Below, piece by piece: positions 26,682-36,987 of a stretch of DNA of 64,000 nucleotides. This DNA comes from a virus (lineage: Duplodnaviria; Caudoviricetes), in the IMG/VR virus record IMGVR_UViG_2802428849_000003, positions 5,391 through 69,390 of that record; one strand, written 5' to 3'. The notes beneath the pieces were generated by a model. That model was not told the DNA's origin. It worked only from the letters and a program-made list of their open reading frames with translations, and did not search any database. The position numbers and the translations under genes were made by a program. Numbering within the stretch: position 1 is the stretch's first letter; every line of letters begins with the position of its first letter.

Positions 26682-28550
26682 ATGCAAATACCTAAAAATA
26701 TAATTGTTAAAGATGCTACTGGTAAAACAGTAGCTTTTTTATCGCCTAAAGCTGATGGATTAAAAGATGTCTATGTTGATACTCGGTTAAACGGTGAATC
26801 TACACTTGAGTTCCTCCTTCCTGCTACTTCTGAAAAAATAACTGAATTAACCCCTGAATGCGAAATATGGGCTGGTGATAAAGTTTATATCCTTAGAAAA
26901 GATGAAGCTATGGATACTATTAGGAATGATAAAAATGCACTATGGGCTAAATTTATGGCTGTTGAGAAATGGTACGAACTAGATACAAGTTATGTTGAAC
27001 CTTCTATATCTAATGACCCTACTGCCCGACCTCCTGCTGATTTAGCTGTTATTATTGTTGGTGGTGGCTCTAATTTAAGTGGTAATAGATATCCTACTGG
27101 CACTGCTGGTCATGCCTTATATGCTATCCTTCAAGGCTCTGGCTGGACTATGGGTACTGTTGATGTAACTGGTATTCGTGACCTTGAATCCGAAAAGGAA
27201 AGTCGATTGGCATTAATTAAAAAGGTTCAAGATATTTGGGGTGGCTATCTTGTATTCGATAGTATCAATAAGATTATTCACTTAAGGGATGCTGAAAAAT
27301 GGCAACCTTATACTGGATTTCAAGTTAGGTATAAAAAGAATTTAAAACACATTACCAGGACTCAATCTAATAAGATTGTTACTAAACTTTATCCTTTCGG
27401 TCATGATGACTTAGATATAGCTAATGTTAATGGTGGTAAGAAATATATTACTAACCATAGTTATACTTCTAGAGAATATGTTGGTATCTATAAGAACCAA
27501 GATATCTATAGTCAAAGTGAATTGTTAGAAAAAGCTATAGCTGAATTAGAATTAATCTGTAGACCTAGATATCTTTATAAAGTTAAATTAGTTGATGTTC
27601 GTGTTCTTCCTGAATATGAGCATGAAGATTTTAAACTTGGTGATATGGCTGATATTATCGACCCTGATATTGCTCCTGATAGTCCTAGACCAAGGATAAT
27701 TAGGCATAAATACAATCTATTCCAACCTTGGAATTGTGAATTAGATATTGGTGACCCTGAGGAACGATTAGTTGAACAATTGAAGGCTTCATTTGGAACT
27801 ACTCAATTTGTAGATAGGAAATTCAAAGGTGATGGTAAGTTTAGTGGTCATGGTCTAGAGTATGATAGTGTTGGAGCCGATAAGATTAAGGTTAATGAAT
27901 TAGTTGTTGGCGATAATATTAAGATGGGTTCTAATGCTTATATATCTTGGAGCAATGTCACTAATCAACCTGATATAGCTGGTATAGCTTTAGATAAAAT
28001 TAATGCGACCTATATAGATGCTAACGGGGTATGGACTCCTAATGTGTATGCTAAAAATATCAGCACTATAAACGGCAAAATAACTACAGCTCAAATAGAG
28101 AACTTAGTGGTTGGTGGTAATGTTACTATGGGTCCCAATGCTTACATTAGCTGGGGACAAATTGACGATAAGCCTAGAGATTTGGCTTATTTAGATGATA
28201 TTCCTTATTTACCAGATTACATTCAAAGAACATATATAGATGAAACAAGAATTGAAAGTCCTAAGATATATGGTGGTACCATTAGAGGTGGCAGGATTAT
28301 ATCAGATTCAGAAATAGACGTGACTACTAACGCTCATATTGGAAATAGCCTTTATATGAATGCAACTAATTTTCGTGAGGGCATATACTTTAACACTTTT
28401 AAAACTACTTTTATTGGACCAAATGACTCAGAAGGTGGTGTATATATACGTGGGGGATTAACAGTAGGTGGTGCAGCTAATGGAGATTTCCGCTCTGCTG
28501 ATGGAAAAACAATAGAAGTTCGAGGAGGAATTGTTACAGATATTTACTAA
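26682..28550 (+). CDS. tail tip hub (Tal, prophage tail endopeptidase family)
   Basis: Follows Dit; RYKKNLK.I.R, IVTKLYPFG, LGD...IID motifs. Confidence 0.8.
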   Translation: MQIPKNIIVKDATGKTVAFLSPKADGLKDVYVDTRLNGESTLEFLLPATSEKITELTPECEIWAGDKVYILRKDEAMDTIRNDKNALWAKFMAVEKWYELDTSYVEPSISNDPTARPPADLAVIIVGGGSNLSGNRYPTGTAGHALYAILQGSGWTMGTVDVTGIRDLESEKESRLALIKKVQDIWGGYLVFDSINKIIHLRDAEKWQPYTGFQVRYKKNLKHITRTQSNKIVTKLYPFGHDDLDIANVNGGKKYITNHSYTSREYVGIYKNQDIYSQSELLEKAIAELELICRPRYLYKVKLVDVRVLPEYEHEDFKLGDMADIIDPDIAPDSPRPRIIRHKYNLFQPWNCELDIGDPEERLVEQLKASFGTTQFVDRKFKGDGKFSGHGLEYDSVGADKIKVNELVVGDNIKMGSNAYISWSNVTNQPDIAGIALDKINATYIDANGVWTPNVYAKNISTINGKITTAQIENLVVGGNVTMGPNAYISWGQIDDKPRDLAYLDDIPYLPDYIQRTYIDETRIESPKIYGGTIRGGRIISDSEIDVTTNAHIGNSLYMNATNFREGIYFNTFKTTFIGPNDSEGGVYIRGGLTVGGAANGDFRSADGKTIEVRGGIVTDIY

Positions 28551-28551
28551 A

Positions 28552-28580
28552 AATCAGTAGGGGATTATCCCCTACTGATT
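28552..28580. terminator. bidirectional terminator between convergent late and accessory genes
   Basis: Perfect 13-bp stem AATCAGTAGGGGA-TTA-TCCCCTACTGATT. Confidence 0.8.
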
Positions 28581-29207
28581 AATTAATGGCAAAACATTAT
28601 TTAAGAAATACTCATATCTTAGATGCATTCGATTCTCAAATACATAGATTTGTTCATGGGGAATATCTAATAATCTTTCATTTGAAACCTCGTTCACAAA
28701 TACCATACTTCTATTGGCTGAACTAGATCCTTCTGCTGATTTAAAGTTATATCTTTCATAATATTTCTCACATATTCCAATTAAGCTTACATACTCTATC
28801 CCATCAACAACAAATATATCATATCCATCCTTTTTATATACAGTAGCTTTTTTACTAATTACATCTTCCACATTATTCACCTGCCTCTCTCCTACTGGCT
28901 TTTCTATTGTTTCTACTATCGGTTTTTTATTCGTATCTATTTGTATTTCCTTCTTTCCTCCTACCCATTCAAAACTTACTCCAATGGTATTACATATCTC
29001 TCTAAATGTAGCTGCTGGAATGTAATTGTAGCCTTTATGATTTAATACTGGCAAATCTTTATTGGAAAATTCTTTTCCATTTACTATAAGTTTAGCTGAA
29101 GATTTTTGTAATAAGTATTCCTGAATTGTGGCACTAACTGGCACAATGCTAAATAATAATGCTCCTAATAAAAATCCTATAATAAGTTGATTGTACTTTT
29201 TAAACAT
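28572..29207 (-). CDS. secreted protein with copper-amine-oxidase-N-like (stalk) domain
   Basis: Signal peptide ending VPVSA; L.VNGKE..P.L...G.NYIP motif; own TTGAGA-17-TATAAT promoter. Confidence 0.65.
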   Translation of the reverse strand: MFKKYNQLIIGFLLGALLFSIVPVSATIQEYLLQKSSAKLIVNGKEFSNKDLPVLNHKGYNYIPAATFREICNTIGVSFEWVGGKKEIQIDTNKKPIVETIEKPVGERQVNNVEDVISKKATVYKKDGYDIFVVDGIEYVSLIGICEKYYERYNFKSAEGSSSANRSMVFVNEVSNERLLDIPHEQIYVFENRMHLRYEYFLNNVLPLINQ

Positions 29208-29338
29208 ATATACTCCTCCTTATTGTTAAATTTCTACTTATTCCTATTATATCCATTATAGTAAAATTTCTCAAATAAGTTTAAATCTTAAACAAGAAGG
29301 ATTTAGGGGCAAATAGCCCCTACCTTATTTTCTGCAAC

Positions 29339-29803
29339 CTATTTAAATGTTATGGATTCTCCTAGCTTACTAATTTTATTTTTCTGTTCAACTAATAATC
29401 CATATGCTAAAGAAAGAACATTTTTAAAAGGAACGCTAGGATATTCGTAACACATTGATGATTGTACTGCTCCGATTAATTCGGTTATCTCTGTTAGTGC
29501 TAATTCTATATCGCCAAGCTCTATTCTCTGATTTCTAAACATTTCATCTGTAGATTTATAAACCATATTAGTTTCCCCATCAACTTTAGGGCATTTAGCT
29601 TTTCTTCTAGCACGTTCTTTCCTTATGCCTTCAATTTTACCTGCTTGATATAGAGAGCCTATTGCCCATTGAAAATCATTAGTTTTCTTTATTGTCATTG
29701 AATATATTAAATATGCCATATCTACACTAAAACTAAATTCGCCAATTGGAATATGTCCTAATATCCTATATAATTCTTTTGCTTTATTTTCCACTATTAG
29801 CAA
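29339..29803 (-). CDS. hypothetical protein coupled to Rha
   Basis: LYQAGKIEGIRKERARRK motif; overlaps the Rha stop. Confidence 0.6.
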   Translation of the reverse strand: MLIVENKAKELYRILGHIPIGEFSFSVDMAYLIYSMTIKKTNDFQWAIGSLYQAGKIEGIRKERARRKAKCPKVDGETNMVYKSTDEMFRNQRIELGDIELALTEITELIGAVQSSMCYEYPSVPFKNVLSLAYGLLVEQKNKISKLGESITFK

Positions 29804-30528
29804 GCCCCCTTAGATAATTTTTCTAAAACCGGAATAACATTTTCATAATATCTAAAGGTTTCCACTTGCTTATTAGAATGTGCCGACTTATCATAGAATA
29901 GCTTTCCGTATTCTTCTGTTTTAAGATTATTAGCATTGGCAAGTCTGCCTACCATATTTTTAGAGATACCTAGAATATCTCCTATTTCTTGTGCAGAGTA
30001 GGTTTTTCTCTCTGCTGATGGTAATGGTAATATTTGCTCTCCTGTAACTATTTTACTTGCGTAAGAGTGGAGGACTTGCTTATATTCTTTTATATTAGTA
30101 TCATTTGCTATTTTTAAAAGCACATTAGCTTGTCTTACTCTTGAATTGTTTAGCCTTGCTTCTATTTCTTGTTGTTTGGTTAGATTATCTATTTGTTTTT
30201 GTTGGTCTAATATTACATTTTCCATTTGGTGGAATCTATTAATGTATGTCGCTGTGAACAAAGTACCTTTTTGTCCAGTAAGCTTATGAGCTATGAATTC
30301 ACAGCCTTTTTTGGTTATTTGATAGCATTTATATGTCTTATTATTTCCTGTTGCTTTATATGAGCTTTCTATAAAGAAATCTTGAGAATCCAATTTTGGA
30401 TTTTCAGAAAAAGCAATTTTGCTTTCTCCTAAATATTCAATATAAGTTCTTATATCCCTTAATAAATCTGCGTGGTTTTTCTCTACCATTTCCGCTACTT
30501 CTCTACTATCTATACTCATATTCAACAT
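29797..30528 (-). CDS. Rha-family phage regulatory/antirepressor protein
   Basis: IDSREVAEMV.K.H..LLRDI, Y.ITKKGC, FTA.YINRFH.ME. Confidence 0.85.
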   Translation of the reverse strand: MLNMSIDSREVAEMVEKNHADLLRDIRTYIEYLGESKIAFSENPKLDSQDFFIESSYKATGNNKTYKCYQITKKGCEFIAHKLTGQKGTLFTATYINRFHQMENVILDQQKQIDNLTKQQEIEARLNNSRVRQANVLLKIANDTNIKEYKQVLHSYASKIVTGEQILPLPSAERKTYSAQEIGDILGISKNMVGRLANANNLKTEEYGKLFYDKSAHSNKQVETFRYYENVIPVLEKLSKGAC

Positions 30529-30601
30529 TCTCCTTTCAATTTTAACACCCTATGAAAGAAGTTATATTTATCATAATGTAATACAAGTTGGTATATATTC
30601 G

Positions 30602-30742
30602 TTGCAATTTGCAATAATATGTATTACAATATATAAAAGTACACAATATATATGTTGTGTCATATATAACTCTATCATTAGGGTTAGGGTAAATAAGTCC
30701 GTTTCTAGTTTGGTCGCTGTGAACGGACTTATTTTATTTTTT
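30602..30742 (+). ncRNA. putative antisense small RNA upstream of rha
   Basis: TTGCAA-17-TACAAT promoter (30602-30630); 13-bp inverted repeat 30691-30734 plus T-run. Confidence 0.35.
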
Positions 30743-30922
30743 GTCATTTTCAATATCAATTTCTCCATCAAGATATTTTTTAATAAGTACCTCTAAAATG
30801 TCATTTACATTTACTCCTTGCTTAATAGCTTCAATTTTTAATTTATCTATCAACTCCTTTTCTAATGTAGTTTTAAACCCTATACGCAACATATCATCTC
30901 CTTTCATCATTTCTGTAATCAT
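30734..30922 (-). CDS. ribbon-helix-helix/CopG-like protein
   Basis: F.TTLEKELIDKLKIEAIKQGVNVNDILE pattern. Confidence 0.7.
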   Translation of the reverse strand: MITEMMKGDDMLRIGFKTTLEKELIDKLKIEAIKQGVNVNDILEVLIKKYLDGEIDIENDKK

Positions 30923-31032
30923 ATGATTATATCATCACAGTAAATCACTTCAACACTAATGTCAATACCTTTTTCCAAAATTTCGGTATTATTTTTTTAT
31001 ATAGAAAAGAAGTGTCATATGACACTTCTAAT

Positions 31033-31680
31033 TTACTTAGCATAAAAAGACTCTAATCCTTTGCCTGATGTACTAAAGAATTGTCCATACCCCTCTACTC
31101 CTAAATCGCTTTTCTTCTCTTTAAGTAATTCCTTGAGTGCGTATATCATATCTTCTTTTAATTCATCGTCTAATATTATCCATTCACCATTTACCTCAAT
31201 TATGAATTCACCTAAATCATTAAAATACGCCCTTTCACACATAATCGGAAGTCCAGGAGCATTCAATGACTCTTTTATGGATGAAGCGAATGACTCTCTT
31301 TTTTCTTTAGTAGTCGGTACGTTAGTTGAAGTTGTGCTGGAATAACTACTTGTTGATTTTGACTTAGAGGCTATTTCTTTTCTTATTTCTTCAAGTTTAG
31401 CTTCTTCTTTCGACTTCTTAACTCCCAAAATCATCATACCAGCTACCACCAAAATTATTAAAACTAATGTAATGGCAGAGTTATTCTTTGGTGACTTTTC
31501 TTCTATTTTTTCATTGGCAGATGTTAATTCAACTTCACTCGTATCATTATCTTCTGCAATATCAATTTCTTCTGTTTCTATAACATCATTTTTTTCTTCT
31601 AATGGATAACCACAATTTGGACAATTCTTAGCTTTATCCGATATTTCTTTTGAACATTCTGGACATGAAATTAATGCCAT
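31033..31680 (-). CDS. zinc-ribbon membrane protein
   Basis: CPEC..CPNCG N-terminus, single TM; TTGATA-17-TAAAAT promoter. Confidence 0.75.
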   Translation of the reverse strand: MALISCPECSKEISDKAKNCPNCGYPLEEKNDVIETEEIDIAEDNDTSEVELTSANEKIEEKSPKNNSAITLVLIILVVAGMMILGVKKSKEEAKLEEIRKEIASKSKSTSSYSSTTSTNVPTTKEKRESFASSIKESLNAPGLPIMCERAYFNDLGEFIIEVNGEWIILDDELKEDMIYALKELLKEKKSDLGVEGYGQFFSTSGKGLESFYAK

Positions 31681-31767
31681 ACTTATCCCCTCCCCTTGTC
31701 ATAATTTTACCCTAAGAATAAAATTTTATCAATAAACTATGTCAAATATTTCCATAATTATAGGTAA

Positions 31768-31792
31768 AGAAAAAACCAGTATAAAACTGGCT
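31768..31792 (-). terminator. intrinsic terminator
   Basis: GCCAGT-TTTAT-ACTGGT then T-run on the minus strand. Confidence 0.65.
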
Positions 31793-31889
31793 ATTATGTT
31801 TTGAAAAATTATCAGCAAATCCTCAAATCTCTAAAATTCTGATTTAATTTTATTATAAATCACAGGTAACTTCCACAAATAAGAACCAT

Positions 31890-33026
31890 TCAATTATCTT
31901 TTCGTAAAATAGTAGATAGTTTTCTAAAAACTTTACTAAAAAATCCCTTTTCATTCTCTACTTTTTCTACAAAGGTAGCTTCATATACATGTTCACTGTC
32001 ATCTGATATATCTTTCTTTATAACCTCTTTTATTTCCCTTGGTTTAATTTGATGTTTTTGACCAATAGTCTTTTCCCCTGAATCTATATATTTTAAATTA
32101 GGTGATTTGATTAAATCTGTGTTAATAGAATTATGTTCCTTTTTTTCTATTGTAATATCTTTCTTCGTCATTTCCCGTCTGTTCATTTTTTTATTGTTAA
32201 ATCTTTCAATCAACCCTTTATCATTGATTTTAACTATATTTAAGTCACTCAATATATTTAGGTAATATTGATCTTTTAGTTCATAATAGCTTATCTTACC
32301 AAATGCAATAATCATATCATCTTTATTTATGCCTATTTGATTGCGTTTAGAAGGATAATTAAATGAAGTAGTTATAACCTTACCTTCAGTTTCATAAGAA
32401 TTGATGTATATCTTTCCATTACTAATTCTGACACTATCAACAACATAAATAACAAACCGTTCTTTGTAATGCAAATTCTTATTAAGCTCATCAACTAGGA
32501 TTACAACTTCATTTATTCCTAACTCTTCATTTCCTATTTTATATTTAAATTTAATCTTCCCAAGTTCATCAACTGAATTTTGTTCAATAAGTCTTTTCAT
32601 TTGAGATACTGTTCTAACTACATCTCTTAATACTTTCTTGTAGGTTTTATATCTATTGTATTTTTCCTTTTCATAATTTGAAGCGTTACTTTCAGGTTTT
32701 TGGGGAGCATTTACACCACCAAGACCTTTCCCCATTCTACCTAAACTATTTATATCAATTATTATTTCAATTTCTCCCTCGTCACCCTTTACTGTTTCAA
32801 TAAGTCTCCTTCCTTCCCATTCAGCGTTAAAATACTCAACTGCTCTACGCCCACAATTATGTCCACCTTTATTCTTCGATGCTCTGAAGAATTTGTTTTC
32901 TACTCCAGTCACCTCTAAAGGAGGGTTACAAAATGGGCAGAATACTTCTCCTTTATGTATTGTCCTATTATACTCTGTGATTTTTATATATCCGTCCCTA
33001 TATCTTGCAATTGTTAAACTCTTCAC
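31890..33026 (-). CDS. 378-aa protein with N-terminal CPFC..HNC zinc finger (CoiA-N-like), function unknown
   Basis: Long ORF with GGAGGTG RBS; C-terminal amphipathic KGFFSKVFRKL helix. Confidence 0.7.
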   Translation of the reverse strand: MKSLTIARYRDGYIKITEYNRTIHKGEVFCPFCNPPLEVTGVENKFFRASKNKGGHNCGRRAVEYFNAEWEGRRLIETVKGDEGEIEIIIDINSLGRMGKGLGGVNAPQKPESNASNYEKEKYNRYKTYKKVLRDVVRTVSQMKRLIEQNSVDELGKIKFKYKIGNEELGINEVVILVDELNKNLHYKERFVIYVVDSVRISNGKIYINSYETEGKVITTSFNYPSKRNQIGINKDDMIIAFGKISYYELKDQYYLNILSDLNIVKINDKGLIERFNNKKMNRREMTKKDITIEKKEHNSINTDLIKSPNLKYIDSGEKTIGQKHQIKPREIKEVIKKDISDDSEHVYEATFVEKVENEKGFFSKVFRKLSTILRKDN

Positions 33027-33164
33027 TTTAGTCTCACCTCCACAAAAATTAAACTGAATTTGTTGCTTTATTGCATAATTCTATATTACTTTTAAATTTA
33101 ACCTCAATATCCCTAAAAATGAAATCAGATTAATGTCTTCAACAAAAATATCTTTATGTAAATC

Positions 33165-34121
33165 TTAAAACCTATTAGGTAGACGAGAATGATATATTGG
33201 TACTTCTATTAATTGTTTATAGTCTAGAAATTCCCTTAACCCACTCTCTGCCATATCAGATTTATTAAATGGACCTATATTAATTTCTTTAATAAATTGG
33301 TCCATTTTTGTTTGTATGATTAAATGTGGGATTAAAGAACCTTTGCTTGTCCTAAAATGGATACAATGTTTATAATCTTTTTCCATCTTAAATACAATAC
33401 GATATTCATTTTCATACTCAAATGCATCATTTTTCATAAAAATAATGTGGTCTGATACTAATCCAAAAATAAGCCTCCAATAAGAATAAGTTTCATTGTT
33501 ATCTATGCACTTATCAGTTAGCCTTATTATAAAATCAAGTATTTCACATTGAAAATCCTTATCATATATTACTTTTCTACTAGCAAAGTCAAATGGAATC
33601 CCAGATGTTTCTTCTCTAAAAAGATGGCTTTTTTTTAGAACGATATTTGAGAAGCTATTTTCAATATTAGCCATATAGAATAAGTCAAAAAACTCTTTTT
33701 TAAATCCAATATTATATCCATCATGATTCCCATAATAATTCCACATTGGTATTGAATCCTTTTCACTACTAAAACATACCAAATAATAATCACTTAAAGT
33801 CTGTTGCTTTAAACTTTCAATACTATCTGATAACATTTTTTTATGTGTTGATACTAAGTTAATTCTTTTTTTAAGTAGTTCTAACCCGTATTCAATCTCA
33901 CTTCTATCATTAAGATATGAATATTTAGTAGCCCATAATTCACCTGAACTTAATATATTAAATAATACATTTATTGTAGTATAATGATATAATGTAGGTT
34001 TTGGCTTTTCACACCATTCAATATTATTACCACTATCTAATTTATATTTCGCTAAAAAATCTGCATATTCCTGATTTAGATCTTTCCATCTATCTAATTC
34101 CATCTTATTCCCCCATAACAT
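33165..34121 (-). CDS. DUF2971-family protein
   Basis: LYHYT, LWAT...LND..E, CFS...D..PMW..YG, G..IGF, K...F.YENEYR. Confidence 0.85.
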   Translation of the reverse strand: MLWGNKMELDRWKDLNQEYADFLAKYKLDSGNNIEWCEKPKPTLYHYTTINVLFNILSSGELWATKYSYLNDRSEIEYGLELLKKRINLVSTHKKMLSDSIESLKQQTLSDYYLVCFSSEKDSIPMWNYYGNHDGYNIGFKKEFFDLFYMANIENSFSNIVLKKSHLFREETSGIPFDFASRKVIYDKDFQCEILDFIIRLTDKCIDNNETYSYWRLIFGLVSDHIIFMKNDAFEYENEYRIVFKMEKDYKHCIHFRTSKGSLIPHLIIQTKMDQFIKEINIGPFNKSDMAESGLREFLDYKQLIEVPIYHSRLPNRF

Positions 34122-34133
34122 TATTTCAACTTT

Positions 34134-34583
34134 TTATATTCTTCTAATAATCTTAGGTTTTTCTTCAATTAGATTATTAATCTTCCTTAAAAACATATCT
34201 TTATCTTTACTGGATAGGACATTATCACCTCTGACTGAATACTTCCCATCTCTAAATTGTCTATAAAACTCATTAACTTTAGTTTGTAATTTCTTTGCCA
34301 TATATCCCATTAACATCTTTATAAATTCATTTGAATACTGCGATAAGTCTAAGTTTTTATATTCTACATATTTAACATATAATATTTCAACATCTATTTC
34401 ATCGCAAAAATAATGTGGACCATGGATATCGTATACAATCCTACTAACATAATAGGATATTGAATTAATAAAAGATTCTCCTATTTCCTGGTGATTCTCT
34501 TGTTTATAATAATCTAGATATCTTAATATCTGTTCTCTGCAATAATCCCGAGTATTAAATAATGACTTATCTTGATATACCAT
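34134..34583 (-). CDS. hypothetical helical protein, operonic with DUF2971
   Basis: 149 aa; ends 12 bp before the DUF2971 ORF. Confidence 0.6.
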   Translation of the reverse strand: MVYQDKSLFNTRDYCREQILRYLDYYKQENHQEIGESFINSISYYVSRIVYDIHGPHYFCDEIDVEILYVKYVEYKNLDLSQYSNEFIKMLMGYMAKKLQTKVNEFYRQFRDGKYSVRGDNVLSSKDKDMFLRKINNLIEEKPKIIRRI

Positions 34584-34636
34584 ATAGCCCTCAATTCCTT
34601 TTCAGTGTTTAATACACGTATTTTTCTATATAGAAC

Positions 34637-34912
34637 TTACTCTTCTGAATATGGCAGTAAACATCCTATGCCTACCCTGCCTCTCCTATTATTATCTTTA
34701 TATTTTATTATAACATCACCCATAAAATCGTCTGTAAATCCTAATACCTCAACTATCCTCCCATTGTTTTGTCTATCTTTTTTATTGGTTGGTTTCTCAT
34801 ATGCAACCTTATATTTATTACCTACTTCCAATAGAACTTCTACTTCTTTACTTCCACAAGTGTAACAAGTTACTACTGTATCTGTAGATTTAATCTCCAT
34901 ATTGTACTTCAA
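34637..34912 (-). CDS. hypothetical phage protein (CxxC plus SH3-like tail)
   Basis: GGGGGAGG RBS. Confidence 0.55.
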   Translation of the reverse strand: MKYNMEIKSTDTVVTCYTCGSKEVEVLLEVGNKYKVAYEKPTNKKDRQNNGRIVEVLGFTDDFMGDVIIKYKDNNRRGRVGIGCLLPYSEE

Positions 34913-35076
34913 TCTTTCCTCCCCCTTGACATTCTTTCTCTTTATGATTTATTAAACAAATTATACCTTAACTATAACTTATATAAATAATAATAAATTG
35001 GAAAAGAAGAGACAATCCATTCTTCCATATGAATGTTTACGAACTCATAATCTAGACTTACTTCTGAAAATTCCCC

Positions 35077-36759
35077 TTATAAATCATATTCTCCAAATAA
35101 TTCATCACTTATAATAGTTATCTCATCATCACCATTCTTAATAATAAATTCTTTAGGTTCTTTAACCATAAAGTACTCAACTTTTGTTCTTAATCCATCT
35201 ATCTCATTTATCAACAATTCTAGGTTTAATTCTTCATCCGTTGAACATCTTTCAAATAAAGTCAATAAAGTATATACAGAAGTCATGTGATACTGTTTTA
35301 AGTGTAACTCACTTCTTTTATCTACAGCTATATAAAATATCTCTGGTATTACGTTAATATCTTCTATACGTTTATCATGTTCAAATACATAATCTATACT
35401 ATTTTCCCCTTTATTAAAAAACTCTTTATGCTTATCGATCTGCTCTTTATATGCTCTATTTAATGTATTTTCTATTTTTATATAATTCTCATAAGTATCA
35501 TCACTATAATGATTATCCCGCCACTTACATTCAATAACAAGAACTTTGTTTGTATTAATATCATATAGTGCTACATCAATATCACTATTAATTTCTTTTT
35601 CATTGTTTTTATATTCATAATATCGTTCTTGTGCAACGACTATATTTCGAAATTTCTTAGCAGAGTTACATATGTTTTCTACTATGCTCTTAGATATATT
35701 TCTTTCTCTTTTAATGAATTCAATTTCTTTCTCATAATGTCCGTTCGTTATACTGAATTGCCAATCATTTAGCATAATTAGTGATGGAATTGTTATTATT
35801 TTATTATTATACTCTATCAGTGGAAAACTACAAAGTGTTCCTATCCCATTGTAAGTAAAATAATTAATATACTTCTTCACTAATTCTATATGTAAATTTG
35901 ATTCTTTTGCTATTTTATTAATTAGCCAATCTTTATCTAAATTCATTATGCAATTTTCTATATTATAAGTTCTACTGTTTTGTTTTTCTGTTTGAAAGGT
36001 TAATAATGTTATTTGACTTAAATAAAATATGAATCCTAATAGTTTATTTAATGATTCTTTCCTATTAATTACTTTACTTTTTATACTTTCACCTAACTTA
36101 GAAGTATCGATATTAACTCTTTTCTCACATAATAAATATAGTTCTTTATCAACATCAATTTTTAATCTTGCTATATTTCTAATGTCCTTTTTAAAATTAA
36201 AAGTTCTATATTTAATAAGATGTTGTGCTGGTTTAATTGCTTCCATAGATTCGAATTGAAATTGTTCTATATTGTCAAGTCCTAAATAGTAAAAACTCTC
36301 TCCTCTATATTTATTGGTGATAAGTGCTGTAGTTAATTTATATTTATTATTTTCTAAATCTTCTATTTTACATTTTGCTATGGAATTACAATCTCTTACT
36401 TCTTCGGATAATCTAAAATCACTATACATCTTACTTATATTCGGATACAAAGTATTCTTAAAATAATCAAATTCTGCTTTATTGTATGAAAAATTAAATT
36501 TTTTAGTATTGAAATACTTAAATATCCTTCCGATAAACCAGGTCGTCTGTTCTCTGTCAATTATAGCATTAGCAAAATTCGGATCTTCTTCAATGAAACG
36601 CATTTCTAAATTTATTAAGGGATAATATAGCAAAAAGCCAATGTTATCTTCAAATTCTTTATAATATTCTTCTATTGCTCTATCCACCCCATTTTGAATA
36701 AAATCATATATTTTTTTCCTAATAAGATATTCTTCCATTTCTATTCCTCCTACATTCAT
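35077..36759 (-). CDS. 560-aa protein with C-terminal PD-(D/E)XK (NERD-like) nuclease domain
   Basis: SDIDVALYD.....LVIECKW motif; extended -10 promoter TGGTATAAT upstream; flanked by terminator. Confidence 0.7.
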   Translation of the reverse strand: MNVGGIEMEEYLIRKKIYDFIQNGVDRAIEEYYKEFEDNIGFLLYYPLINLEMRFIEEDPNFANAIIDREQTTWFIGRIFKYFNTKKFNFSYNKAEFDYFKNTLYPNISKMYSDFRLSEEVRDCNSIAKCKIEDLENNKYKLTTALITNKYRGESFYYLGLDNIEQFQFESMEAIKPAQHLIKYRTFNFKKDIRNIARLKIDVDKELYLLCEKRVNIDTSKLGESIKSKVINRKESLNKLLGFIFYLSQITLLTFQTEKQNSRTYNIENCIMNLDKDWLINKIAKESNLHIELVKKYINYFTYNGIGTLCSFPLIEYNNKIITIPSLIMLNDWQFSITNGHYEKEIEFIKRERNISKSIVENICNSAKKFRNIVVAQERYYEYKNNEKEINSDIDVALYDINTNKVLVIECKWRDNHYSDDTYENYIKIENTLNRAYKEQIDKHKEFFNKGENSIDYVFEHDKRIEDINVIPEIFYIAVDKRSELHLKQYHMTSVYTLLTLFERCSTDEELNLELLINEIDGLRTKVEYFMVKEPKEFIIKNGDDEITIISDELFGEYDL

Positions 36760-36809
36760 CCTTTTAGCCCATTGCCCAAATTATACCATACTTGTCCACC
36801 ATATGTAAT

Positions 36810-36846
36810 AAAAAAGGCTCACCCCTAATCCTAGGTGAACCTTTTT
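36810..36846. terminator. bidirectional terminator
   Basis: A-run AAGGCTCACC...GGTGAACCTT T-run. Confidence 0.7.
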
Positions 36847-36987
36847 ACTTGAATTTCAAACTAAAAAATACCGCATATCCTTTTTTAAATAATACGGTAC
36901 CTTCATTAATTAACATTTAATTTTATGTTCGTAATATATTAAATATGTGCCCTAAGCATAAGGTACTACAGATTATTATAAGCTGCC

